Source: an uncultured Ardenticatenaceae bacterium (GTDB lineage Bacteria > Chloroflexota > Anaerolineae > Promineifilales > Promineifilaceae). Taken from it: a stretch of 48,800 bases of DNA. The position numbers and the translations under genes were made by a program. Positions 8,696 through 18,625 of this stretch are shown here, piece after piece. The notes beneath the pieces are model-generated. The model did not search any database. It worked only from the letters and a program-made list of their open reading frames with translations, and was not told the DNA's origin. Numbering within the stretch: the stretch's first letter is position 1; every line of letters starts with the position of its first letter. The stretch is taken from the NCBI GenBank assembly GCA_964466135.1, contig CAYXNH010000001.1:1269-50068 (forward strand), in the 5' to 3' direction.

Positions 8696-9292
8696 ATGGG
8701 CAAGATCATCACTATTGTCGGGAATTCGGGGGTCGGCAAGACCACGCTGGCGCATGCGTTGTGTCAAGTTGGGCCGTTTGTCACCGGTATGGAACCCCCT
8801 CTCGCAGAGCGTCCGTTCCAGGCTCTCACGGCCGTCGATCCGTCCCGCTACGCTCTCGCCAACCAGGTCGACTTCCTGCTGCTGCGGGCGGAGCAGGAGC
8901 GCACCCTGCGCAACGACATGGCCCACGGCGTGATCGATGGCGGCCTGGACCTCGACTTCCACGGCTTCACCCGCCTCTTCCACCATCGGGGCTATCTGGA
9001 CGAGTCTGAATTCTCGTTGCTGGCGCGGCTCCACGGGAACCTGCGGCAGCTCCTCGGCCCACCCGATCTCATCCTTCATCTGACCGCCCCGCTGGCCGTA
9101 ATCGCGGAACGGTACGCCCGCCGCGGCCGCATACTGGAGATCGCCCAGCAGGATGATCTGGCTTTGATGGATCGGTTCATCGCCGAGTGGCTCGACGGCG
9201 CGATCGACACGCCGGTCATCGCCATCGACGCCTCGGCCGACGACCTCTACACGCCTCAAGCTCTGGCCGCCCTGGCGAAGCGCATCGCCTAA
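8696..9292 (+). CDS. Deoxynucleoside kinase-like P-loop protein
   Basis: IITIVGNSGVGKTT; ANQVDFLL.R; PDLILHL.A....I..R...RGR.LE lid motif. Confidence 0.78.
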   Translation: MGKIITIVGNSGVGKTTLAHALCQVGPFVTGMEPPLAERPFQALTAVDPSRYALANQVDFLLLRAEQERTLRNDMAHGVIDGGLDLDFHGFTRLFHHRGYLDESEFSLLARLHGNLRQLLGPPDLILHLTAPLAVIAERYARRGRILEIAQQDDLALMDRFIAEWLDGAIDTPVIAIDASADDLYTPQALAALAKRIA

Positions 9293-12200
9293 TCGAACAC
9301 GATCCGCGCCTGCGCCTTGTCGTCCACCGCGTTTCCCGCCTCGTCCACCACCGGCAATCGCTGCCCCGTCGCCAGCAGATAGAGGCCGACGTGCAGCCGG
9401 TAGACGTCCCCCGGCGAGACGGAAGGAATGTCGGGATTGAGTTGCACGATGTAGGGATCGACGACGATCTCGCCCGGCCGCCAGGCGCTTGTCGGCCGCG
9501 TTCCCTGCACCGGCCAGGCATCGACCTGTCCCACGATCCGGTCGGCCGCGTCCAGCACCTGCACAAACACGGTGTAGTCCTCGCTCATCCCGGCCAGCCC
9601 TTGCCATGTGAGCGTCACCGGTAGCTGCCCGCCCGGGGCGAACTTCCCCCAATCCACTTCCATATCCAGTAAGGCGATCCGGTCGTCGAAGTTGATCGCG
9701 CCGTCGGGCAGGGGGATGCCGCTAATGTCGATCTCGGCCACCACGCAACCCGTCGCCGGTGTACTCAGCCAGCCGCAGACGGCACTCAGTTCGCCCGGGG
9801 GCAGGGCGACTACCACATACTTGCCTTCCTCCGTGGTTGCCTCCAGAGTGATGCTGTTCGAGCGGGAGATCGCTCTGTCCGGCTCAGCGCGCATCGGCGG
9901 CGCGGCATCCGCGGCGAAGATCAGGCTGCTGAGAGCGTGCGGCGGCACGAGCATAAATGAGGGACTGTCGCCAAACCCGCTGTAACGCAGCGGCAGAGTC
10001 GTCCCTGCTCGCGCCCGGGGCGGGAAGTCAATGCCGTCCAGCGCGAAGCCGTCGAAATAGGCCCGACGCGGCTGCCCAACCGGCCCTGGCCGTGGGGCGA
10101 CGGGGACGGTGGTGACCGTGTGCCAGGCGAGATCGGCCGCGGCCGTGAAGCGCGGCGCGACGGCGACCTCGATCGCTGTTTCGCAAGGCGGCTCATCGCA
10201 GTGAGGGTCGGGCAGCGGCAGCAGGTGAAAGTCGGGCACAACCTCCCCCGGTCGCCAGGCGTTGACCGGATAGGTATCGTTGGCCGGATGCACTCCATTG
10301 ACGATAACCTCGTTGCCCGCCCAACCCAGATAGATCACCGGCGACCGCTCGCCCTCGGTCAGCGGCCGGTCGAGCGTCCAGTAGAGAGTGATCGCCGCCG
10401 CGTTCGCATCGATTGCCGCGACCGGATCAACCCGATAACCCATCAGGCGTAGCGGGCCGACGACCTGATCGGCGACCGTAACGTCGTCGGGGATCGTCGT
10501 CAAAGGCTCTCGGCTCACCTCCACCAGCGGGCCGGCCGACCGCAGGTGATAGATGCCCTCCAGGCCCGGCAGATAGCGAGCCAGATAGAGGGGTTGCCCC
10601 GCCTCCAGCCGCGCGTCGAGTTCGGCGCGATAGGCGGCCTCGTCAGGCAATACCATGATGTCAAGATCGGGGCGTAATTGTTCCGTTTGCTGCAAGTAGT
10701 AGAGGGGGGCGATCTTCTCGCTATCGGCCAGCACGGCCGCCCGGCGAGCAAGCGGCAACGCCAAAACGCCCCTGGCCCAGGTTTCGCCGCCGTCGCGCCC
10801 CGACTGATCGATAGCTGACCAGCGCGTTGCGGCCGTCAGAAACGCCGGCAGTACAGTCAATAAAAACAGGAGCGATGTGATGGTTTTCAGCTTCGGGGCG
10901 GGATGTAGCAAGCCGACCAGATCGACCAATGCGGCCAGCCCGGCCGCCACCCATATCGCTACGACCACGTGGGCCGGGATAAGAAAGACGGCCAGGTCGG
11001 GCACGTAGTAGTTGAGAGCATAGAAGGTGAAGCCCACGGCCGTGACCAGTAACACCAGCGCTGCCCGCCATTGCCGCGCGAACAGCCAGACCAACCCCGC
11101 GGCCGCCAATACCAGATAGAGCCAGCCCCAGGCATCGAGAAACAGACGGGCGACGATCTGCCGCCGCGCCGGGTCACGCAGCCATGCCTCCCACTGCAAC
11201 GCGCCCTGAAAGCGCCCGGCCACCACCCAGTCGATGAAACGGTCGATGCCCATCGGCTCGCCGTTGATCGCCGCCCAGCGCAGCGGCAGGTAGGCATAGA
11301 GCAGCAGAGGCAGCGCGAAGGCGAGCAGAAGTTGGAAGGCTAACGGTAATAGCGACCGACGACGACTGATGTCGGGGCGTTTCCGTTTGTAATGAGGCCA
11401 TAGATTGAGCGCGATGGCCAGCGCAGTCGGCGGCAGGAGAAACACCGTCGTGAGGTGATTCGTCAGCCCCAGACCCAGCAGGAAAGCTAACGCGACCATC
11501 GTTTTGCGATCCCCGGCCACGCGCCGCAGGTCGCCAGGATCGCCACCCCGCGCGCTTGCGGTGGTCGCGGCATGCCGAGCGTCTATCAATCGCAGCATCA
11601 GCAGCAACGCGGAAACAACGATAAGGGCGTGGAGGGTATAGACCTCGGCGATGATGGCCTGGCTCCAGTAGATGGGCAGCAAGCCGAGGATGACCGCGCC
11701 GGCCAGCGCCGCCAACGGCCGACCCAGCAGCCGCAACCCTAGGCGAAAGACGACCGCCGCCGCCAGCACGGCATAGACGGCCGAGGCGAGATTGATTCGC
11801 CAGGCCATCGTGCCGAAAGGCAGCAGCGAGAACAGTTTCCCGAGCAGCAGGTAGAGCGGATAGCCGGTTGGGTGGGCGATGCCGAGTTGCGGCGCGACGA
11901 CCTGAAACTCGAAGGCATCGGCCGCGCCCACGGCCTGCGACATGGTCAGCAGATAGACCGGCCCCAGGGCGACGGCGACGAACAGCGGGCCAAGCCATCG
12001 CCAGCGTCGATCGGTCTCGTCGAGTGTCAGACGAGCCAGGACGGCCGCCGCCAGCCACCAACCGGCGGCGAAGAGAAAGCGAGCGCGTGACGGATCGACG
12101 ACCGGATCGAGCAGCCAGACAAGGTTAATCAACAGGGGCAAGCCGACGAGTGCCGTGGATGGCCCCCCATGTCGAATGGCTTGCCGTGTGCCCCAAGTCC

Positions 12201-12399
12201 CGGCTAAGGCGATCAGCGCGGCCGTCGCCAGCGCGGGGAACGGCCGTCCCATCCAGCCCCAAGCTGGAAACAAGCCTTCATAGAGCAGGCGCGACAGAGC
12301 CAGCCCGGCGACGAAGAAGCAGACGGCCACCGCCGCGAGAAGGTAGATTGGTCGGGAAAGAGACCCGATCCGCGTTTGAGGCGCTGTATCCGCTTTCAT
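9289..12399 (-). CDS. DUF2723 (TMEM260-like) GT-C membrane glycosyltransferase with C-terminal periplasmic domains
   Basis: D..EFQ....LGIAHPTGYPLY, YWSQA.IAEVY.L, GL.NH motifs; many TM helices; two W.PGE.V.D beta-domains. Confidence 0.85.
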   Translation of the reverse strand: MKADTAPQTRIGSLSRPIYLLAAVAVCFFVAGLALSRLLYEGLFPAWGWMGRPFPALATAALIALAGTWGTRQAIRHGGPSTALVGLPLLINLVWLLDPVVDPSRARFLFAAGWWLAAAVLARLTLDETDRRWRWLGPLFVAVALGPVYLLTMSQAVGAADAFEFQVVAPQLGIAHPTGYPLYLLLGKLFSLLPFGTMAWRINLASAVYAVLAAAVVFRLGLRLLGRPLAALAGAVILGLLPIYWSQAIIAEVYTLHALIVVSALLLMLRLIDARHAATTASARGGDPGDLRRVAGDRKTMVALAFLLGLGLTNHLTTVFLLPPTALAIALNLWPHYKRKRPDISRRRSLLPLAFQLLLAFALPLLLYAYLPLRWAAINGEPMGIDRFIDWVVAGRFQGALQWEAWLRDPARRQIVARLFLDAWGWLYLVLAAAGLVWLFARQWRAALVLLVTAVGFTFYALNYYVPDLAVFLIPAHVVVAIWVAAGLAALVDLVGLLHPAPKLKTITSLLFLLTVLPAFLTAATRWSAIDQSGRDGGETWARGVLALPLARRAAVLADSEKIAPLYYLQQTEQLRPDLDIMVLPDEAAYRAELDARLEAGQPLYLARYLPGLEGIYHLRSAGPLVEVSREPLTTIPDDVTVADQVVGPLRLMGYRVDPVAAIDANAAAITLYWTLDRPLTEGERSPVIYLGWAGNEVIVNGVHPANDTYPVNAWRPGEVVPDFHLLPLPDPHCDEPPCETAIEVAVAPRFTAAADLAWHTVTTVPVAPRPGPVGQPRRAYFDGFALDGIDFPPRARAGTTLPLRYSGFGDSPSFMLVPPHALSSLIFAADAAPPMRAEPDRAISRSNSITLEATTEEGKYVVVALPPGELSAVCGWLSTPATGCVVAEIDISGIPLPDGAINFDDRIALLDMEVDWGKFAPGGQLPVTLTWQGLAGMSEDYTVFVQVLDAADRIVGQVDAWPVQGTRPTSAWRPGEIVVDPYIVQLNPDIPSVSPGDVYRLHVGLYLLATGQRLPVVDEAGNAVDDKAQARIVFD

Positions 12400-12515
12400 G
12401 GAGTCCTATTATACCCGGAGAGGACGCCATGCGGATGGATGCTGCTGCCCTACAAACCTTCGTATCCCGCCGATGTGATACAATCCCATTCGACTATCTA
12501 ATAGGAGAGGCCCAA

Positions 12516-13697
12516 ATGACACCTGACCAAAACATTCGCTTCGAGACAATCGCCGTACATGCCGGCGTCGAACCCGACCCGACGACCGGCGCGATCATGA
12601 CCCCCATTTACCAGTCATCTACCTTTGTCCAGACCGGCATCAACGAACATAAGGGCTATGACTATGGCCGCGCCGGTAACCCGACGCGCACGGCGCTGGA
12701 AAACTCGCTGGCCGCGCTGGAAGGTGGGCGTTTCGGGCTGTCGTTCTCGTCGGGGCTGGCCGCCATCGATACGGTCATGCGGTTGGTGAAACCGGGCGAG
12801 ACCGTGCTCTGCGGCAACGATGTCTATGGTGGCACCTACCGTCTGTTCGACAAGGTGCTGGCCGATTATGGCTTACGCTTCATCTTTGTGGATACCTCCG
12901 ATACGGCCGCCGTGGTGGCCAAGTTAACCGATGCGGCCCAAAACGCTGAACCCATTCGCCTCGTCTGGCTGGAGACGCCCACAAACCCCACCTTGCGGCT
13001 GGCCGACATCGCCGCCATCAGTCGTGCCGCGCATGCCGCAGGAGCCTGGGTTGCCGTGGACAATACCTTCGCCTCGCCCGCCCTCCAGCGGCCGCTGGCC
13101 CTCGGCGCGGACTTCGTCATCCACAGCACTACCAAATACCTGGGCGGCCATTCCGACGTCATTGGTGGGGCTATCATCCTCAACGACGAGGCAGTTCATG
13201 AGCGACTCAAGTTCCTGCAGAAGGCCGTGGGCGCGGTGTCGGCGCCGATGGATTGCTTTCTGACGCTGCGGGGCATCAAGACGCTCGGATTGCGAATGCG
13301 CGCCCATTGCGACAACGGGACGGCCGTGGCTCAATTTCTGGAAGACCATCAGGCCGTGGAGCGCGTGTTTTATCCGGGGCTGGAGAGCCATCCGCAATAC
13401 GAACTGGCGCGTCGCCAGATGGCCGGGCCGGGCGGGATGGTATCCTTCACCCTGCGGGGCGGGGAGGAGGCCGCGCACGGCGTAGCTCTGCGGACGCGCC
13501 TCTTCACTCTGGCCGAATCATTGGGCGGCGTGGAATCGTTGATCGAGATACCATCCGCCATGACCCATGCATCGGTAGCCGGGCCGGAAGCGCTGGCCGC
13601 CGGTTTCGAGGTTGATGCAGGGCTGATTCGGCTGTCGGTCGGCATCGAGCATTCCAGCGACCTCATTGCCGATTTGCGGCAGGCTCTGGCCGGGTAG
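12516..13697 (+). CDS. Cystathionine gamma-synthase/lyase (Cys/Met metabolism PLP enzyme)
   Basis: PIYQSSTF, YGRAGNPT, DVYGGT, WLETPTNP, VDNTFASP, HSTTKYLGGHSD (PLP Lys), LAESLGGVESL, RLSVGIE; SD GGAG before ATG 12516. Confidence 0.93.
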   Translation: MTPDQNIRFETIAVHAGVEPDPTTGAIMTPIYQSSTFVQTGINEHKGYDYGRAGNPTRTALENSLAALEGGRFGLSFSSGLAAIDTVMRLVKPGETVLCGNDVYGGTYRLFDKVLADYGLRFIFVDTSDTAAVVAKLTDAAQNAEPIRLVWLETPTNPTLRLADIAAISRAAHAAGAWVAVDNTFASPALQRPLALGADFVIHSTTKYLGGHSDVIGGAIILNDEAVHERLKFLQKAVGAVSAPMDCFLTLRGIKTLGLRMRAHCDNGTAVAQFLEDHQAVERVFYPGLESHPQYELARRQMAGPGGMVSFTLRGGEEAAHGVALRTRLFTLAESLGGVESLIEIPSAMTHASVAGPEALAAGFEVDAGLIRLSVGIEHSSDLIADLRQALAG

Positions 13698-13815
13698 CTG
13701 GGCGAAACTGACCGCAAAGTTGAGCGGGTTCTCGCACCCTGATCAGCAATTTCTGCAATCTGCCCTTTGATTGTGATAAAATGCTCCCGTTATCCCGCTG
13801 ATGAACGAGAGACAT

Positions 13816-14820
13816 ATGCGAATTGTTGTTGACGCAATGGGGAGCGATGATCATCCCGGCCCGGACGTGGCCGGTTCGGTGATGGCCGCGCGCAAGTTCG
13901 GCGACACCATTCTCCTCGTCGGGGACGAACCGCGGATCGCCGACGAGTTGACCCGCCACGATGTCAAAGGACTGTCCATCGATATCGTCCATGCTCCGGA
14001 AGCTATCGGGATGAAAGATTCCCCTTCGGCCGCGGCACGCGACAAACGAGACTCATCCATGCATGTGGGCCTCAAGTTGGTACGCGAGGGCGCGGCCGAC
14101 GCCTTCGTCAGCGCCGGCAACAGTGGGGCTATCCTGGCCGTTGCCACCTTGCGGCAGACCGGTCTCGGCCGCATCCCCGGCATCTTGCGTCCCGCTCTGG
14201 GCGTCGTTTTTCCCATTGAGACGCGGCCCATGCTCATCGATAACGGCACCAACGCCGACGCCCGCCCCGAATATCTGGTCCAGTTCGGCCACATGGGCGC
14301 GATCTACATGGAACGCATGCACAACATCGCCAACCCGCGCGTAGCCCTCATCTCCAACGGCGAGGAAGAGGGCAAGGGCAACCAGCTGATCAAGGAGGCT
14401 ATTCCCCTGATGGCAGTTGCCGGCTTCAACTACGTCGGCAATATCGAGCCCAAGGAGTTTGTGCGAGGGGTGGCCGATGTTGCCGTCGTCGACGGCTTCA
14501 CGGGCAACATCATGATGAAGACGGCCGAGGCGGTGGCTGCGTATATGGGCGAGGCCATTCGCAAGCAGATCATGGCCGGCACACTGACCAAGATCGGCGG
14601 CCTGCTGGTTCGCCCGGCGCTGCGTCGCGTGCGCAGTGAACTCGACCCCGACGAAGTTGGCGGCGCGCCACTTCTGGGCGTCAACGGGGTTGTCATCATT
14701 GCTCACGGCCGGTCGAACGCCTATGCGATTCAGCAAGCCATTGGTCAGGCGCGACGGAACGTAGAGCAAGAGATCGTCAAGACCATCGCCGAGAGGCTGG
14801 CCAAGGCCCCGGCGAATTGA
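13816..14820 (+). CDS. plsX: Phosphate acyltransferase PlsX
   Basis: MRIVVDAMGSD, SAGNSGA, RPAL, NGEEEGKG, DGFTGNI..K..E, GGAPLLGVNG..IIAHG.S; alternative start 13801. Confidence 0.95.
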   Translation: MRIVVDAMGSDDHPGPDVAGSVMAARKFGDTILLVGDEPRIADELTRHDVKGLSIDIVHAPEAIGMKDSPSAAARDKRDSSMHVGLKLVREGAADAFVSAGNSGAILAVATLRQTGLGRIPGILRPALGVVFPIETRPMLIDNGTNADARPEYLVQFGHMGAIYMERMHNIANPRVALISNGEEEGKGNQLIKEAIPLMAVAGFNYVGNIEPKEFVRGVADVAVVDGFTGNIMMKTAEAVAAYMGEAIRKQIMAGTLTKIGGLLVRPALRRVRSELDPDEVGGAPLLGVNGVVIIAHGRSNAYAIQQAIGQARRNVEQEIVKTIAERLAKAPAN

Positions 14821-14914
14821 CCGACCGATCGTTGTCGAACCGGCGGGGCGAACAGGCTTCGCGCTTGCGCCATCCGACCGCCGGCGACCCGGTTTCTACG
14901 GATAAGGAACGAAT

Positions 14915-16195
14915 ATGAGTCAAGAATATCTGGATGCGCGCGGACGGCCGCGCGTTGTCATAACGGGGATGGGCATGATCAGCCCCCTCGGTCACTCTGT
15001 TGAGCAGAGTTGGGAAAACCTGCTGGCCGGTCGATCCGGCGTTGGGCCGATCACCCAGTTCGACGCTGCCGTGTTTAACACGCGCGTCGCCGGCGAGGTC
15101 AAGGATTTTAACCCGCGCGACTACATGGATTTCAAGGAATCCCGGCGCATGTCGCGCGCCTCCCAGTTGACCGTTGCCGCGGCGACGATGGCCTTGGCCG
15201 ATGCCGGGCTGCCGGAGCATGCGCCCGATCCTGAGCGCACCGGCGTGCTTGTCGGCACGGCCGTCGGCGGCATCGAGTGCGCTTTCGCGGAGATCGACAG
15301 TTTTCACCAGCGCGGGCCGCGCGGCGTCAGCCCGTTTGGCATGACCATGTTTCTGGCCAATATGCCCTCGCACCATGTCAGCCTGATGACCGGGGCTACC
15401 GGCCCCATCAGCACCATCGTCGCCGCCTGTGCCACCGGAACCCAGACCATCGGCGAGGCGGCCGAATTCATCCGGCGCGGCTCGGCCGATACCATGTACG
15501 CCGGCGGCGTGGAAGGCCTCATCCATTTCGCCGCCATTGCCGGTTTTGGGTCCATGCGCGCCCTGACCACCCACTTCAACGACACGCCGGAACGCGCCAG
15601 TCGCCCGTTCGACAAGGATCGCGACGGCTTCGTCCTGGCCGAGGGGGCCGGCATCGTCGTCCTGGAGCGACTGGATAAGGCTCTGGAACGCGGCGCGCGC
15701 ATTCATGGTGAAGTGCTGGGTCATGCCACGTCGTCGGACGCCTTTCATGTGGCCGCGCCCGATCCGGAAGCCAAGGGAGCGATCCGGGCCATGAAGTGGG
15801 CGATTGAGGATGCGGCGATGACGACGGCCGATATCGATTACATCAATGCCCACGGGACTTCGACGCCGGTGAACGACGCCACCGAGACCCTGGCCATCAA
15901 AAGCCTTTTCGGCGAGCGCGCCTACGGCATCCCGGTCAGCAGCACCAAATCGGCCATGGGCCACGCCATGGGCGGCGCGGGCACGATTGAGTCGATCTTC
16001 ACCACGCTGGCTCTGAGCCGCGGCATCATCCCGCCCACCTGGAACTATGAGACGCCCGACCCGGAGTGTGACCTGGACTACGTGCCCAACGCGCCGCGCC
16101 CCGCGTCGATCAACGTCGCCCTCAAGAACTCCTTCGGCCTCGGCGGGCAAAACGCCTGCCTGGTGCTGGGAAAATATCACAACGGACTTCAGTAA
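14915..16195 (+). CDS. fabF: Beta-ketoacyl-ACP synthase II
   Basis: RVVITGMG, AACATG (Cys), SRPFDKDRDGFV, YINAHGTST, KSAMGH, NSFGLGG. Confidence 0.95.
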   Translation: MSQEYLDARGRPRVVITGMGMISPLGHSVEQSWENLLAGRSGVGPITQFDAAVFNTRVAGEVKDFNPRDYMDFKESRRMSRASQLTVAAATMALADAGLPEHAPDPERTGVLVGTAVGGIECAFAEIDSFHQRGPRGVSPFGMTMFLANMPSHHVSLMTGATGPISTIVAACATGTQTIGEAAEFIRRGSADTMYAGGVEGLIHFAAIAGFGSMRALTTHFNDTPERASRPFDKDRDGFVLAEGAGIVVLERLDKALERGARIHGEVLGHATSSDAFHVAAPDPEAKGAIRAMKWAIEDAAMTTADIDYINAHGTSTPVNDATETLAIKSLFGERAYGIPVSSTKSAMGHAMGGAGTIESIFTTLALSRGIIPPTWNYETPDPECDLDYVPNAPRPASINVALKNSFGLGGQNACLVLGKYHNGLQ

Positions 16196-16199
16196 ATAT

Positions 16200-16946
16200 A
16201 TGGTTGTCATACGAGACGAAAAACGAATCGCCCGGCTCGGCCGATTGGCGCAAATATTCAGCTTCGCCGGTCTCGGCGTGCTAATCGCCGGGTTGTTGCT
16301 GATCTTCATCACCGATAACGCCAACGTGTTCATCTACCAGATGGTCGCGCTGGTCATCGGCTTCATCCTGTCGCAGTTTGGCCTCCACTTCGCCCACCGC
16401 TATCTGCGGCGGCCGCGCATGGACCAGGCCTTGGACAAGGCGGCCGGCAAGTTCGCTCGCAAGGACGGGCGGCTCTATCATTACATGTTGCCCGCCAATC
16501 ACGTGCTGCTGCTGCCGACAAGCGTCATTGTGCTGGTGGCCAAATTCCAGACCGGACGCATCTCCGCCAGCGGCGATGTCTGGCAGCAGAAGGGATTGGG
16601 CTTGCGGGGCATGATGGGCCGCGAGGGATTGGGCAATCCCAGTCGTGAGGCCGATGAAGCCGTCGCCCGTCTGAAAGTGTTCATCGACGGGGCGGCCCCT
16701 CTGGCGGCCGAAGTGCCCGTCATCCCAATCATCGTCTTCACCGCCCAGAACGTCGACAGCCTTGAGGTGAAAGAGTCGCGTATTCCCGCCGTCCATGCCG
16801 CCAAGCTGTCCGGGGCCTTGCGGCAGAGCACGATCAACCTCAAGCCGATGCCTGCCGAAGCGTATCAGGCATTGCGCGCCGCCTTCGACGCGCGTTCTTC
16901 CCATGTGCTGGAGCAATCAGTCGCTGAGACCGCTGAACAGGACTAA
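16200..16946 (+). CDS. Membrane-anchored hypothetical protein with NERD-like domain
   Basis: Two N-terminal TM helices, then HVLLLPTSVIVLVAK.Q.G...W...GNP...V.PIIVF, the NERD-type pattern; ATG 4 nt after the fabF stop. Confidence 0.65.
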   Translation: MVVIRDEKRIARLGRLAQIFSFAGLGVLIAGLLLIFITDNANVFIYQMVALVIGFILSQFGLHFAHRYLRRPRMDQALDKAAGKFARKDGRLYHYMLPANHVLLLPTSVIVLVAKFQTGRISASGDVWQQKGLGLRGMMGREGLGNPSREADEAVARLKVFIDGAAPLAAEVPVIPIIVFTAQNVDSLEVKESRIPAVHAAKLSGALRQSTINLKPMPAEAYQALRAAFDARSSHVLEQSVAETAEQD

Positions 16947-17073
16947 GGGCTTAATGATCTGAATCGGGACTGCCGACCCGGCCAAACACGTCATATTATG
17001 TTGGTCGGGACAGGCTGAAGCCCTGAAAGTTGATGACCAAAGGGCGCCGAGAGCCGATGGAAGTTCAAATTCA

Positions 17074-17109
17074 ACATGGTTTGACAACCAACCCATGTAC
17101 CTCTAGAAT
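17074..17109 (+). promoter_or_regulatory. Sigma70-type promoter of the liv operon with a palindromic operator over the -35
   Basis: TTGACA (17081-86) N17 TAGAAT (17104-09); ACATGGTTTG-N5-CAACCCATGT (17074-98). Confidence 0.75.
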
Positions 17110-17322
17110 TCCAACCCCATAGCCCATATTTTTTGGGATGATTCGGTATTGGAAAAATACACCGAGGAGGTGATGAGATAGAAGGAAGCCGAACGCCACA
17201 GATGGTACTGTCCCAAAGTTGTATCAGTTGGTAGATGCGTCGGAGGAAGTGGCCCTCCCGCGCTCGCGTCTAATATTAGATTAGACATTACGTTCAAAAT
17301 TGAAAATTGAGGAGAAGAAACG

Positions 17323-18606
17323 ATGAAACGTCTGTCACTGTTGTTGATTGTTTTTCTGTTGGGAGCTATGGCTCTGGTGGCTTGCCAACCGAGCGGCAGC
17401 GAGCCGGCCGCGCCGGCCGCGACTGAAGCCGCCCCGGCCGAAGAAGCAGCTCCGGCTGAAGAAGAGGCTGCGGCTCCGTTTGAATGCACCGACGCCATCG
17501 GCTGCGTCGAAGTCGCCGCCGGTGATCCGATCGTGATCGCCTCGGCACTGGTTATTTCGGGCGCTAACGCCGACCTGGGACTCGACTCCCAGCGCGGTGT
17601 TGAAATCGCCATCAAGATGCGCGGCGACGTGCTCGGCCACGGGGTTGAGTTGATCAAAGAGGATGACGGTTGCAGCGCTGAGGGTGGCCAGACGGCCGCG
17701 ACCAAGATCGTCGCCAACCCGCAGATTGTCGGCTCGATCGCCACGAGCTGCTCCGGCGCCGGCGTGCCCTTCTCCCAGACCGCCTCGGATGCGGGCTACG
17801 TCACGATCTCCCCGTCGAACACCTCCCCCGCGTTGACCGACCCGGCGCAGGCTTTCCATCCCGGATACGCCCGCACGGCCCACAACGACCTCGTTCAGGG
17901 CGCGGCCATGGCCGACTACGCCTATGATGTTAAGGGCTTCACCAAGGCGGCCGCCATTCATGACGGCGACCCCTACACGGAAGGTTTGGCCAAGGCGTTC
18001 GCCGATGCTTTCACCGCCAAGGGTGGCACGATGGTGGCCTTCGAAGCCGAAGCCGCCGACGCGACCAACGTCGAGCCGCTGCTGACGACCATCGCGGCCT
18101 CCAGCCCCGAGTTCCTCTACTTCCCGGTGTTCATCCCGTTGGGTTCGCTCATCGTCAACACCGCCAAGACGATCCCCGGCCTGGAGTCTGTCCAGTTGGC
18201 CGCCGCTGACGGCGTCCAGTCGCCCAGCTTCCTGGAGAACGTCGTCGGCACGGGCGAGGGCATGGTTGTTTCCGGCCCGGACCTGGCCTTCAGCAACACG
18301 TTCTACAAGGACGAGTTCCTGCCGATGTACGAGGCTGACTACGGCACCGCGCCGACCGCGCCGTTCCACGCTCATGCCTTTGACGCGACCAACCTGCTGC
18401 TGAACGCGATCGAGAAGGTCGCCCAGCAGGACGCCGACGGCAACCTGTTGATCGGCCGTCAGGCGCTGCGCGACGCTATCTATGCCACCTCCGGCTACGA
18501 AGGCGTCACCGGCACGCTGACCTGCAACGAGTTCGGCGACTGCGCCGACCCGAAGATCTCCGTCAGTGAAATCCAGAATGGCGAATTCGTCCGCATCTGG
18601 CCCTAG
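17323..18606 (+). CDS. livK: Branched-chain amino acid (HAAT) ABC transporter substrate-binding lipoprotein
   Basis: Lipobox LVAC, Ala/Glu/Pro linker, DDGCS, SPSNTSP.LT, R.AHND..QG, AFDA motifs; SD GAGGAG. Confidence 0.9.
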   Translation: MKRLSLLLIVFLLGAMALVACQPSGSEPAAPAATEAAPAEEAAPAEEEAAAPFECTDAIGCVEVAAGDPIVIASALVISGANADLGLDSQRGVEIAIKMRGDVLGHGVELIKEDDGCSAEGGQTAATKIVANPQIVGSIATSCSGAGVPFSQTASDAGYVTISPSNTSPALTDPAQAFHPGYARTAHNDLVQGAAMADYAYDVKGFTKAAAIHDGDPYTEGLAKAFADAFTAKGGTMVAFEAEAADATNVEPLLTTIAASSPEFLYFPVFIPLGSLIVNTAKTIPGLESVQLAAADGVQSPSFLENVVGTGEGMVVSGPDLAFSNTFYKDEFLPMYEADYGTAPTAPFHAHAFDATNLLLNAIEKVAQQDADGNLLIGRQALRDAIYATSGYEGVTGTLTCNEFGDCADPKISVSEIQNGEFVRIWP

Positions 18607-18625
18607 TTTGAAACCGTAAGTTAAC

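Noticed and set aside
8696-9292. Deoxynucleoside kinase as part of the deoxyribose BMC pathway
   Set aside because: It is about 27 kb away with its own promoter signature; the link is thematic only
12150-12515. 122-aa N-terminal extension of the cystathionine enzyme (also the track extensions at 6521, 16047, 38128, 39106, 39550, 41310, 43010)
   Set aside because: They mostly overlap neighbouring genes or intergenic signals; internal ATGs, often with an SD, match the family N-termini
16965-17015. Hairpin CCCGGCCAAACA...TGTTGGTCGGG containing TATTATGT, considered as a dif-like site or riboswitch
   Set aside because: No XerC-like arm or recognisable aptamer; most simply the 3' hairpin of the plsX-fabF operon
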